Assembly (NCBI GenBank): GCA_950097015.1
Contig: CATNEN010000029.1
Coordinates: 6,820,001 to 6,884,000 of the forward strand
Origin: Macrostomum hystrix
Lineage: Eukaryota > Animalia > Platyhelminthes
Direction of reading: 5' to 3'
Length of the DNA stretch: 64,000 bases
Below the pieces are notes generated by a model. The model was given only the letters and a program-made list of their open reading frames with translations. It did no database searches and had not been told where the DNA came from. The translations under genes were made by a program, and so were the position numbers. Shown in pieces: positions 11,101 through 27,354 of this stretch (positions are counted from its first letter, which is position 1; the number at the start of each line of letters is the position of its first letter).

Positions 11101-12581
11101 GATCTCAAGGTGAGATTCAGAGACTTTGGATTCTCAAGGTGAGATTCAGAGACTTTGGATTCTCAAGGTGAGATTCAGAGACTTGGGATTCTAGGAATTA
11201 GTCCATTATTTGCGCAGCAGCTCTCGCATCGCCATATTCGCAGGTACGACCGAAATGGCTACTGGCACACGGAGCAGCGGCAGGAATTCCGCGGCGTCGA
11301 CGTCACCCAGCACCCGGTGCCGGCCAGCTTCAAGAAGGACCCCAGCCAGTACACCGCGCCAGAGGGCCGGATGGAGGGCGAGTCAACGAGCCACCTGGAT
11401 TTTCAGGCCAAGGACCTGCGGTCAGTCACTGATTTGCAATTCCTATCAATCAATTTCTATCAAGATTCCTAAATCCAGTGTTCATTTCTAAGAGTAAGAG
11501 TCAGAGACTGTCCTCAGGGGTGAGATTCAGAGATCATTCTCAGGGTGAGATTCGGAGACTATTCTCATGTTGAGATTCGGAGACTATTCTCATGTTGAGA
11601 TTATTGAGATTATGAGACTATTCTCATGTTGAGATTATTGAGATTATGAGACTATTCTCATGTTGAGATTCGGAGACTATTTTCATATTGAGATTCGGAG
11701 ACTATTCTCATGTTGAGATTATTGAGATTATGAGACTATTCTCATGTTGAGATTATTGAGATTATGAGACTATTCTCATGTTGAGATTCGGAGACTATTC
11801 TCATGTTGAGATTATTGAGATTATGAGACTATTCTCATGTTGAGATTCGGAGACTATTTTCATATTGAGATTCGGAGACTATTCTCAAGGTGAGATTCAA
11901 GAACTATTCTCAAGGTGAGATTCAGAACTATTCTCAATGTGAGATTCGGGGACGACTTTCAGGATGAGATTCGGTGACTATTCTTAGGGTGAGATTCGTG
12001 GATGCTTATCAGGGTGAGATTCGAAGACAATTCTCAGGGGGAGATCCGACAGTCAATTTTAGATTCCAATACCATACCCAACTCCATCCAATGGTTTATT
12101 TTCGAATCTCTAAATTCCATCTATTCTTTGGCATCTAATCCAATCGATTAGTGAGGCCTATCGCGAGCGGGTAAAGCCACCTGAGGCCAGCACCAGATTT
12201 GCCGGCAAGTTCGCCGCCGAGACCACCACCGCGGAGGCCTATCGTCGGGTTGCCGGCGAGCCCGTCTCGCCGCGAATGCGACACGGCGACTTTCACCTGG
12301 CCTATCATCACGTGCCTAAATTTGACAGACTACAGGGCGAATCCGAGACAAAGTCCAGCTTCGTGGCCAAGCCGCTAACTCACACCGAGTCCTATAAGCC
12401 GGTGGTGACTGCGGCGCCGACTGACGGAGAGCGCGACTTTGACACAGTCTACCGCTCCGTGTACAAGCAGCCGAGATTCCGCCTAACCAGAGAGCAGGCT
12501 GCTGCGGTCAAGGCCGAGCTGCGACGGCTGGAGGCGGCGCGCGGCTGCCGCCCGGCCCTGCCAGGAATTGTTAGGAGCTAA
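5176..12581 (+). CDS. SAXO/FAM154-like axonemal microtubule inner protein with repeated Mn-type motifs
   Basis: Exons 5176-5673, 6434-6680, 6784-7063, 11244-11420 and 12152-12581 have compatible phases and GT-AG ends. Repeated T-T/x-Y/F-x-x-x-F/Y motifs include TTSMADYKG, DFTTVNRDTYKP, SETQTKADFKG, ESTSHLDFQ, ETTTAEAYR and DFDTVYRSVYKQP. Confidence 0.75.
5694..6380. repeat. 29-bp minisatellite (GGCTGAGCTGTGTCAGGTGTTTGTRTCTT)n filling SAXO-like intron 1
   Basis: About 23 tandem copies between donor 5674 and acceptor 6433. Confidence 0.95.
7090..11190. repeat. 29-bp minisatellite (TTTGGATTCTCAAGGTGAGATTCAGAGAC)n, about 140 copies, filling SAXO-like intron 3
   Basis: Near-perfect at 8830-10020. 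The indel-rich stretches at 7920-8830 and 10020-11110 look like long-read errors. Confidence 0.97.
11500..12050. repeat. Degenerate ~25-bp array (TGAGATTCGGAGACTATTCTCATGT)n in SAXO-like intron 4, related to the intron 3 array
   Basis: Shares the GTGAGATTC.GAGACT..TTCTCA core with the 29-bp unit. Confidence 0.85.
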
Positions 12582-14046
12582 TCATTGATGGCGATTTCAT
12601 ACTGTGCTTAATTGAGTAGTGTTATTGATTTTGCACAAGAAACTGTTGTGTCAACTTGTTTAATCAAATAACAAACAATCAACAATTCTTCAGACGCGAG
12701 TTTCTCTATTTTTGACTAGCTTTAGTCCTTTAGATTTTACTGTTTCGTTGTTGCCTAAAAATAGAATTCTACTATTGTCGTTATACTACTGACTACTCGT
12801 AGTAGCGTGTTTTTGCTATCGTGTTGTTTTTCTCAATCTCGCGCATAAACGTGCAGATGTTTTTGCCAGATAAAAATTAAGAAACAATTTTTTCTATTGT
12901 TCATAAACGAAATAGTAGCTGAATGACTTCCTCGTTACTTTTAGCGGCTCGAAGCAGAAAATCGTTAAAAAGCCTTTCTAGATAGAAAAAACTTGTAACT
13001 TTAGCAAAAAGACGCAAAACACGCTTTATAAATAACTTTTTTTCAGATACAGACAGTAGGATCGATTTTCTATAACTCGAACGGTATTATATGTATTTGC
13101 TATTACCGGGCCTTATTACAAAATTCGTTTTATTAAAAATCGTGTCAAAACGGGAACAACTTGTGCAGACTTTTTTGTTAAAAAAACTATACAAAGAAAT
13201 GCTTTCTGGTATGCCGAAATTGCGAACAAATTCGAACAACAGAGACAAAAAAACATAGGGATTGAATCATACATATTAGACCAAGTCATGCGCTCATGCC
13301 AGCAAGATGTTTAGAGTTCACATACATTTTTCACAAGTGAAAATCATAGGTCCTAATTAATTTTTCGTTCAATTTAAAATCAATCAGCACACTAATCTAC
13401 TTAGTTTATTAAAATTAACAAAATCAATTGCACTTTTGAATAAAAATGCAAACATGAAATCAAAAGTTGACGACACTAAATATTACAATACTTGGACGCG
13501 AAGATTAACTCATAACAATCATTAACACTCAGAAATTAGCTCGTATCATATTAAAAACTAATTTCTACGACAAAAGTCAAAATTTAGATTAAAAAATTAA
13601 TATTACACTACAATGCTAGATTTTTTATAAAATCCAAGTTTAAAACAAATAAAATAACCTTATTCATTCTAAGAAAAGGGAAAATAAATTGTTTGCGCCG
13701 TACGTTAAAGTATTGCAGTAGATACGACATATTAATTAGCTAAAATGAAACCTTTAAGTATTTTTATGAAAAGTGTCAATGTGACTGCACTATTTAATAA
13801 CTGACTGTTTTTATTGACTGAAATGACTGAAAATTGCTCTGTCCCTATTTAAAAATTAAATTAACTAAATTAACTAATTATATTTAATTTATTAATTTAA
13901 CTAGAAATTTTATTTTGTCGTGTACCAACCAGCTTTTGAAAGTAATGCCAGTCCACTTCAACTTTTTCTAACGACGACAACAACCTAGAATAAAAATCGA
14001 GTCCAAGAAACTTCTGCATGCTTTGCAAAGCGAATTCTTAAATGAC

Positions 14047-16279
14047 TTAGCCTCGACGGCAAACACCGAATTGGATCTTGATACCGGCGCTGCGAACCTG
14101 CTGACAGTTGCCCACCTGCTGCTGCTGCTGATCAGCATGCAGCTGTTCAGATCCGTTCCCAAGCGGGCAATACTTGATTGTATGCGCTTTGCTGCCGGTG
14201 GCACCGCAGATCGGGCAGGAGTACCTGGTGGATTGGTGGGTTATTGTTGTGGATTGTTTGGTTGGTAAATGTGTAAGTGAATTGCATGGTTTGGTGGGTA
14301 GGTTGGTGTGGGTTGCTTGATTGGTGCATGTGTGAAATGGATTGGTAGGTTTTCAGTGAGTTGGTAGTTTGGTGGGTTGGTAGGCTGGTGGATCATTGTT
14401 GTAGATTGTTTGGTTGGTGCACGGGTAAAGCGGACACTCACTGATACAGCACCGGGCAGGTGACATTGCCGAAGGCGTCAGCCAGCCGGTGGCTGGTGTA
14501 CACGTGGAAGGGCTCCTGGTTCTGGCGGCAGAAGACGCACAGCTCGATGCGCATCTCCCGCTTCTTCTGGTGATGCATCTTCAGCCTGGTGAGGAAGTTC
14601 AGCAGGGTGCCCTTGTCGATGGCGATCTGGTTTGGGCCCTGCGGAATCACGCCGGGGCCCGGGATCGGGGCGCTGCAGGTGACCGACGCGATCCACTTGT
14701 CGATCTCGTGAACAATGCCAGGCTTGTTCGGCTGCTGCTGAAGCTGCTGCTGATGCTGGAGCTGATGCTGAAGCTGATGCTGGAGCTGACGCTGGTACTC
14801 GAGCTGCAATCGGGCCATGCCATCTTGAGCAATGGGCAGCTCAAAGCGCTGGTTCTGATGTCGATGATCCGAGTGCTGCTGCGGCCAGTGAACTGCAGCA
14901 GCTTTCGAGCCTTTAAAATCGTGTACAGGATGGGGTCGATCGAAAAGCCTTTCAGTGGGGTGAGGGTGAGAGTCAGTGGTCTGAGAGTCAGTGGGGTGAG
15001 AGTCAGTGGGGTGAGAGTCAGTGGGGTGAGAGTCAGTGGGGTGAGAGTCAGTGGGGTGGGAGTCAATGGGGTGAGGGTGAGAGTCAGTGGGGTGGGAGTC
15101 AATGGGGTGAGGGTGAGAGTCAGTGGGGTGGGAGTCAATGGGGTGAGGGTGAGAGTCAGTGGGTTGAGGGTGAGAGTCAGTGGTCTGAGAGGCAGTGGGG
15201 TGAGAGTCAGTGGGGTGAGAGTCAGTGTGGTGAGAGTTAGTGGGGTGGGAGTCAATGGGGTGAGGGTGAGAGTCAGTGGGTTGAGGGTGAGAGTCAGTGG
15301 TCTGAGAGGCAGTGGGGTGAGAGTCAGTGGGTTAAGGGTGGGAGTCAATGGGGTGAGGGTGAGAGTCAGTGGTCTGAGAGGCAGTGGGGTGAGAGTCAGT
15401 GGGGTGAGAGTCAGTGGGGTGAGGGTGAGAGTCAGTGGGGTGAGAGTCAGTGGGGTGAGAGTCAGTGGGGTGAGAGTCAGTGGGGTGAGAGTCAGTGGGG
15501 TGAGAGTCAGTGGGGTGAGAATCATTGGGGTGAGAGTCAGTGGGGTGAGAGTCAGTGGGGTGAGAGTCAGTGGGGTGAGAGTCAGTGGGGTGAGAGTCAG
15601 TGGGGTGAGAGTCAGTGGGGTGAGAGTCAGTGGGGTGAGAGTCAGTGGGGTGAGAGTCAGTGGGGTGAGAGTCAGTGGGGTGAGAGTCAGTGGGGTGAGA
15701 GTCAGTGGGGTGAGAGTCAGTGGGGTGAGAGTCAGTGGGGTGAGAGTCAGTGGGGTGAGAGTCAGTGGGGTGAGAGTCAGTGGGGTGAGAGTCAGTGGGG
15801 TGAGAGTCAGTGGGGTGAGAGTCAGTGGGGTGAGAGTCAGTGGGGTGAGAGTCAGTGGGGTGAGAGTCAGTGGGGTGAGAGTCAGTGGGGTGAGAGTCAG
15901 TGGGGTGAGAGTCAGTGGGGTGAGAGTCAGTGGGGTGAGAGTCAGTGGGGTGAGAGTCAGTGGGTGAGGCATTGAGAATGCAGGCAATGCTGGCACAATA
16001 CTCACCCAGCTGCTTGAGCTGACTAGGATAGCTGAATATTGGAGCGCTAGGCGAAAGCAGACTTGTAGCCCTAGTCTTGGCGCAGCCTGGTGTAGCTGAT
16101 GTCATCGGTGCTGATCCCAGCTGACCAACCAAAGGCGGACTGGTGCGGCTCCACGCCGCCGCGGCGGATGATCTCGGAGACTCGGAAGGCTGTATCATCA
16201 GATTGTCTACGAAGTCAGCCTCCCGCTGCTGAATCTGCTGATGATGATGCACCGATGTTGACCAGCCCCGGTGTTGCAT
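14047..16279 (-). CDS. nanos: Nanos (two CCHC zinc fingers)
   Basis: Exons 16279-16006, 14910-14442 and 14224-14047 join in phase. The zinc-finger region reads CVFCRQNQEPFHVYTSHRLADAFGNVTCPVLYQ|YSCPICGATGSKAHTIKYCP, with Q/H-rich regions elsewhere. Confidence 0.93.
14953..15967. repeat. 15-bp minisatellite (GGGGTGAGAGTCAGT)n filling nanos intron 1
   Basis: Perfect copies at about 15430-15965 and variant units at 14953-15430. Confidence 0.97.
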
Positions 16280-16984
16280 TGCTGTTGTCTAGCTGTAACA
16301 GTTTGTTGAAATGAAAAATCTTGGACTAATCTCGGAATAAGACAGTTCTTGAAGACTGCAGCACTTTTTATATACGTCTCCGCGGATGGGAATGGGGTGG
16401 GTGGTTGATGACCAATTAGGCGAAGTTTAACTTCATGCGTCCTGGCCCAACCAATCGGAGAGGCTCGAGGGTTTTGGGTCGCTCACAGCGGGTGGCCCCA
16501 TGTTCCGGCATTCAGAGTTCCGGTCGATGAGTCATCCGGCGAAAATAATTTTAACAGAAAGCTTTATCCTCGCACCTCGAGAATTAGTTGCTAGGGCTAA
16601 CTCAATATCGTTTGTTTGCTTTTATTATATACTTACTGAATGTGACACTTAGGATCCGAGGAGGTGTTAGAAAAGTGACCAAACCAGATAAAAATAAAAC
16701 TTGTTGCTATGCTCCTAAGCTGTCCACGTGGGACACCAAACTAATGAGAATGCGGCCTTTATGGCAAATGAATTTATCTGAATACTATAGAAAAAGTCTA
16801 TATAGTAAATAGACTTCAATAAAACGTCATTCACTTTGTAAGTGAACAAATTTATACTATTCATTAAATGCCCTTTATTACAAAGCGCTATTTTATTATG
16901 ACTCTCTTATTAAAACTTTAACTGAATATTTTCACGCCAATGACGCATGACGAATGACTTTTAACATCAGATTTAGCACTTGAG

Positions 16985-19070
16985 ACGGGAAATATAAGGC
17001 AGGGGAGAGATGAGACAGGGCAGAAATGAGACAGGGGAGAGATGAGACAGGGTGAGATGAGACAGGGTGAGATAAGACAGGGTAGAGATGAGACAGGGCA
17101 GAGATGAGAAAGGGGAGAGATAAGACAGGGGAAAGATGAGACATGGCAGAAATGAGACAGGGGAGAGATGAGACAGGGTGAGATAAGACAGGGGAGAGAT
17201 GAGACAGAGGAGGGATGAGAAAAGGGAGAAATGAGACAGGGGAGAGATGAGACAGGGTGAGATAAGACAGGGGAGAGATGAGACATGGCAGAAATGAGAC
17301 AGGGGAGAGATGAGACAGGGTGAGATGAGACAGGGTGAGATAAGACAGGGTAGAGATGAGACAGGGCAGAGATGAGAAAGGGGAGAGATGAGACAGGGGA
17401 GAGATGAGACATGGCGGAAATGAGACAGGGGAGAGATGAGACAGGGTGAGATAAGACAGGGGAGAGATGAGACAGAGGAGGGATGAGAAAAGGGAGAAAT
17501 GAGACAGGGGAGAGATGAGACAGGGGAGAAATGCGACAGGGGAGAGATGAGACATGGCAGAAATGAGACAGGGGAGAGATGAGACAGGGGAGAGATGAGA
17601 CATGGCAGAAATGAGACAGGGGAGAGATGAGACAGGGTGAGATGAGACAGGGTGAGATAAGACAGGGTAGAGATGAGACAGGGCAGAGATGAGACAGGGG
17701 AGAGATGAGACAGGGTGAGATAAGACAGGGGAGAGATGAGACATGGCAGAAATGAGACAGGGGAGAGATGAGACAGGGTGAGATAAGACAGGGGAAGATG
17801 AGACATGGCAGAAATGAGACAGGGGAGAGATGAGACAGGGTGAGATAAGACAGGGGAGAGATGAGACAGAGGAGAGATGAGAAAGGGGAGAAATGAGACA
17901 GGGGAGAGATGAGACAGTGTGAGATAAGACATGGGAGAGATGAGACATGGCAGAAATGAGACAGGGGAGAGATGAGACAGGGTGAGATAAGACAGGGGAG
18001 AGATGAGAAAGGGGAGAAATGAGACAGGGGAGAGATGAGACAGGGTGAGATAAGACAGGGGAGAGATGAGACATGGCAGAAATGAGACAGGGGAGAGATG
18101 AGACAGGGTGAGATAAGACAGGGGAAAGATGAGACATGGCAGAAATGAGACAGGGGAGAGATGAGACAGGGGAGAGATAAGAAAGGGGAGAAATGAGACA
18201 GGGGAGAGATGAGACATGGCAGAAATGAGACAGGGGAGAGATGAGACAGGGGAGAGATGAGACATGGCAGAAATGAGACAGGGGAGAGATGAGACAGGGG
18301 AGAGATGAGACATGGCAGAAATGAGACAGGGGAGAGATGAGACAGGGTGAGATGAGACAGGGTGAGATAAGACAGGGTAGAGATGAGACAGGGCAGAGAT
18401 GAGACAGGGGAGAGATGAGACAGGGTGAGATAAGACAGGGGAGAGATGAGACATGGCAGAAATGAGACAGGGGAGAGATGAGACAGGGTGAGATAAGACA
18501 GGGGAAGATGAGACATGGCAGAAATGAGACAGGGGAGAGATGAGACAGGGTGAGATAAGACAGGGGAGAGATGAGACAGAGGAGAGATGAGAAAGGGGAG
18601 AAATGAGACAGGGGAGAGATGAGACAGTGTGAGATAAGACATGGGAGAGATGAGACATGGCAGAAATGAGACAGGGGAGAGATGAGACAGGGTGAGATAA
18701 GACAGGGGAGAGATGAGAAAGGGGAGAAATGAGACAGGGGAGAGATGAGACAGGGGAGAGATGAGACAGGGGAGAGATAAGAAAGGGGAGAAATGAGACA
18801 GGGGAGAGATGAGACATGGCAGAAATGAGACAGGGGAGAGATGAGACAGGGGAGAGATGAGACAGGGGAGAGATGAGAAAGGGGAGAAATGAGACAGGGG
18901 GGAGATGAGACAGGGGAGAAATGATACAGGGGAGAGATGAGACAGGGGAAAGATGAGACAGGGGTGAGAAGAGACAGGGGAATATGAGACAGGGGAATAT
19001 GAGACAGGGGTGAGATGAGACTGGGGAGAGATGAGATAAGAGAGATCAGACTCGAGAAAAATGAGACATT
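16985..19070. repeat. Variant 14-15-bp purine-rich minisatellite (GAGATGAGACAGGGGA/GAAATGAGAC...)n
   Basis: About 2.1 kb of interspersed variants. It is the reverse complement of the internal repeat of the MITE copies at 2337 and 38238. Confidence 0.95.
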
Positions 19071-20684
19071 TTTGGTACCACAATTTACTTGACTACTGAG
19101 AGGTCAATGCGCTTTTTTATATTTGACCTGGCACTGTACACTTAAGCGATTGTACATCTAAGCACGCATGTACATTTAGATAAGAAGCCAACCATGTTAC
19201 AAACCATTTTACATATGAATAAATGAGGCAAGGGATGGATAGCGAACAGACGGGATATTATTATAATTATTATTATTATTGAGGTGGATAAATGAGACGA
19301 AGGAGAAGTGAGAGACAGGGAAGAGATAACAATAAGAGATGACAGAAAAGATGAGACGGGTCGAATTAGACGGTGGATCAATAAAACAGGGAGGAGATCA
19401 GACGAGACAGATGAGAAAGGGTAGGTGATGCTACAATTCTACAACTACTTTCATACAAATAGGAAAAATCTGACTTCTACATGATTGCGAATTTGCTATT
19501 GATCTTTGCTTGGCATGCCTCTGATTGTCCTTTGCCTGTTTGTTGGGCTAGGGGTATGAGTGAGAGTTTGAGATAGACGAGGGAATGCCGCATTCTTCAG
19601 GAGGGGGGTTGTTTTCAGGGAGGTTGTTCTGACTTGTGACTGTGAGGAGGGGTGGGAGCTGCGATTCTAATTGGTGCTTAATAATCGTGTTACTTTCGAC
19701 CCCACCCAAGCCACCCACCCCACCCAATGCCCAATCCCAGTGAAGAATAGGATAGGGAATTTTCGCTTTAATGTGCGGAGAGTCCACCTCACTCCATTTT
19801 AAATGAATTAATAAACACAGCACAGAGCCAAAGAGCTCTGAATCTAGAAACAGGAGAGACAACTACCCGCCAAACCCGTAGGCTGACTGGCTGTCCCGAA
19901 AATACGAGTACACTAAGCAGATAAGAAATTATGATGCACTTGCAGAAAAACACAGATAAGTTCTGTAACATGCAATAATATTTATCTTTATTAGAAAGCA
20001 GTAATAGATTATCTACATTTTAGCTGATGCTTGTATGTCTGCCTATTTTAGCTAAAGAGATGTGCTGAAAAAAGTTTTAGGTAGACAAATACTCGTATTT
20101 TCATCTTCCAGACAGAAATTTGAAGTTTAAATTTAGAAATGTTTCGACATTTTGGTTATTTTTCAACAGTCTAGTAGTAAATTCGATAGGCTTATTGATG
20201 AATTCTAAAAGTTGCAGCTACATGGCACTTTAATCTGGCATCACAAATATAATTTCTAAAAGTTCCTTTAAGCACAGACAGCACATTAGCTACAACAGCT
20301 GTAGACACACAAGCTTCAACTAATATGTAAATAATTTATTCAGCTTTCTAGTAAAATAAATATGTTCACTCAAATTTTGCCATCTTGAATTAAGAGTGAT
20401 CTTTGCTATCCCGCTATTAAACAAATATATTTTACAGACACGTTGTAAACAGATTAACAAATATAACCAGGGGAAAAAGAGCTAATTTGTACTGAATTAA
20501 AAAAATTTTATTGCTCATACAACGAGTAACATAAATTTATTAGCTCTATGCTGAAGGAAATTTTCTAGAATAAAATATTTAGAACAAAACACCGATTAAT
20601 AAATACATAAATAGGCACATTAAAACAGCTACAACAATTTAGTATCCAAACTAAGAATACTTAGCACAGAAAAAGATAAAACAC

Positions 20685-21541
20685 AAGTCACTGGATTCCA
20701 GTTCCCAGTCACTCGGATCCCTAACCCCAGAAGGATTCCAGTTCCCACAGTAACTCGGATCCCTAACCCCAGAAGGATTCCAGTTCCCAGTCACTCGGAT
20801 CCCTAACTCCAGAAGGATTCCAGTTCCCAGTCACTCGGATCCCTAACCCCAGAAGGATTCCAGTTCCCAGTCACTCGGATCCTTAACCACTGGATTCCAG
20901 TTCCCAGTCACTCGGATCCCTAACCCTCGAAGGATTCCAGTTCCCAGTCACTCGGATCCCTAACCCCAGAAGGATTCCAGTTCCCAGTCACTCGGATCCC
21001 TAACCCCAGAAGGATTCCAGTTCCCAGTCACTCGGATCCCTAACCCCAGAAGGATTCCAGTTCCCAGTCACTCGGATCCTTAACCACAGGATTCCAGTTC
21101 CCAGTCACTCGGATCCCTAACCCCAGAAGGATTCCAGTTCCCAGTCACTCGGATCCTTAACCACAGGATTCCAGTTCCCAGTCACTCGGATCCCTAACCC
21201 CAGAAGGATTCCAGTTCCCGGTCACTCGGATCCCTAACCCCAGAAGGATTCCAGTTCCCAGTCACTCGGATCCCTAACCCCAGAAGGATTCCAGTTCCCA
21301 GTCACTCGGATCCCTAACCCCAGAAGGATTCCAGTTCCCAGTCACTCGGATCCCTAACCCCAGAAGGATTCCAGTTCCCAGTCACTCGGATCCCTAACCC
21401 CAGAAGGATTCCAGTTCCCAGTCACTCGGATCCCTAACCCCAGAAGGATTCCAGTTCCCAGTCACTCGGATCCCTAACCCCAGAAGGATTCCAGTTCCCA
21501 GTCACTCGGATCCCTAACCCCAGAAGGATTCCAGTTCCCAA
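20685..21541. repeat. 40-bp minisatellite (GGATTCCAGTTCCCAGTCACTCGGATCCCTAACCCCAGAA)n downstream of AMMECR1
   Basis: About 21 copies, some shortened to CCTTAACCACAG variants. Confidence 0.95.
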
Positions 21542-21902
21542 GGACGTGACCAGCATACTATTTCTAAGAAAATGGTTCCTAAAACAATCGCGCATGCAAG
21601 ACACAAGATACAAGATATACAAGACAAAAAAACATAGCAAAATAAATCTCGCATATTTATTACAGTTAGCAAAAAGCGCTGGAAATTCAAGTAATTTGAC
21701 AATTCTGAATGCCATACTTTACAATTCTATTGATTCTTTCTAAAACTTTATTTTATATATATTTTACAATAAAAGAACACTTCAAATACGAAAAAGTTGT
21801 AGTTAAAAGGTAAAAAAAGAGAGAAAATATACAGGCGCTTCGATAATTAAATTACAGAAAAAAGCTTAACTTCAGATATGTACCATGAGCTTGCTCTCCG
21901 CT

Positions 21903-24145
<2,243 letters not shown>

Positions 24146-26001
24146 AATATGTTGTATTTTTAACAAAAAGCCTCTCAAGGCAACTATGTCATTGTGACAT
24201 TTCTACATATAAAACTAGTTATAAAAAAGAAAATGAAAATGACTGAAAAATGAACCTTTCGAGTGAATTGTGTCCCCTTTCTCTTAAGGATTTCACTAAA
24301 AGGACAAAGAAGTTAAAAATCGATTCAGTACTAAAGCATATTTAGTTATAAAAATCTGCTTCATAAATGGATGATAACGGCAATTTGTACAACTCTCTAT
24401 ATCTCAATAGTTTTGTTGTTCATTTAAGAATGTTGATCGAATCTGGACCGGATGACATCAAATGTTTTGAAGTCACGGTAATTGTCAATCAGCTGATTGC
24501 ATTTGTTTTCATTAAATGTTATAAACTTAGAGATGCAAGACAGTATAGATATTTATTTCGTTTCTATGCTGTTCCGTATATTATATAAGCTTTCAATGCA
24601 CTTTTGAAAGCATAACTTTGATTTGTTGTATTTCGTGCCATGCGTAATTAATTTGTCTCTGACGGTGCTTTCTACATACAGCCAAATAGTAAACTAAACA
24701 AGACATTCGCTCCTAGAGCTGCGCTGCGCTAACCTTCCCTGCAACTGATGTCAATGAGAAAACTTTTGGTAGCGAAATTTTGCATACCAAAGAAAATGTT
24801 AAAGTAATATATTTTTAAGTAAATATACTCTAATTCCAATGAACAAAATGATTCTCTTCGTTTATATTTATTAGACTACTTCTGTAAATAGTACCCAGTT
24901 ATTTTCGGCGAGAAGTGGCGACAAAGTTTAAAGATTAGTTTGACCGAAAAGTTGAAAAATGATAAAATAAGTGTTCCAAATCTTCTCCCAAGCGTTACCA
25001 TAATGTGATGGTTAAATACGAGTGTATAATTCTTAGTTTCACAATGTTTTATAACATTCGTAATATATCGTAATTTAAAGATATAAACCAAGAAAAATGC
25101 ATTTTATTGAATTCGCAAAATGAACTACACTAGTACTAGTACAATTATTACTAGAATCGTAAAAGCAATGCGTTTATTGACTCAATTGTTTGATATCTAC
25201 ATTTCTGATATATAGTAAGATATGCAAGAAAACATAACTGGTATTTTAAACTTTGAAGCAGTATTATACCACTTACGCGTATTAATAATAACAATAACCT
25301 TTTTTAAACCGGATGATGTCGACGATAACTAATATAGATAAGAGACAATTATTTTATTGAATATTAGGAAGCTAGTCAGATCCATTACGTTACAAATAGC
25401 TCGTCTGGAAAGCGTGAAATAAAATTGTTAAGCCGTAATTTCAGGTAATGATATAAAACTTACACAACAAAATATGGTACGACGGAGAAGTACTACGAGC
25501 AGCAAACATGAATTCGACAGCTGTAAATGTCTCTTGTCGCCAGCAGCGGATCCAACTGTACAACATGAAACAGGAGTTAGCACGTGTAGAAACAGTGAAA
25601 ATTAAAATTTGACTGCGCTTATCTACAATTTTGAGTGGCTTAACCCACACGGTAATTTAAGAACATACAAGCACATAATACCAACTATACAATGTATTTG
25701 TGTATATACAAACGAAAACGCCAGCAATAAGCAATAGCATGTGAGCTTAAGTTTCAATTCTTATTTTAAATGACACAACAAAAAGCTAAGTAGAATGACT
25801 GGCAGACATTTGTGTCGTCTTTAATGTTGAAACAATTTTTTAGCCCTATCATATTATTTTGCTATTTTACTAAAATTTTCAAAGGTAAGCTTTCAAATTT
25901 GCACCTACATACTTAAGATCTCAAAGCAGACATAAAATTATCAGAAGCCAACGTGTCAGAGGTGCAAATTTTTTAGATACGATCTTCATAGCAGAAGGTG
26001 T

Positions 26002-27273
<1,272 letters not shown>

Positions 27274-27354
27274 CGCTGAATAAATCAAGCTGAAAATCGT
27301 GCAATTAAAACAGATATTACTACCGTTGTTAGTACTAAATGTTTTCGAATAAAG

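Noticed and set aside
14489-16005. 492-aa (SGVRV)n and 452-aa (LTPLT)n ORFs
   Set aside because: Open frames through the 15-bp intronic repeat; the nanos exons explain the flanking sequence.
16918-19083. 401-721 aa Cys/Ser/Pro-rich ORFs
   Set aside because: All three frames are open because the pyrimidine-rich strand lacks stop codons; there are no domain features.
19548-19862. 104-aa minus-strand ORF
   Set aside because: No recognisable motif or consistent splice sites.
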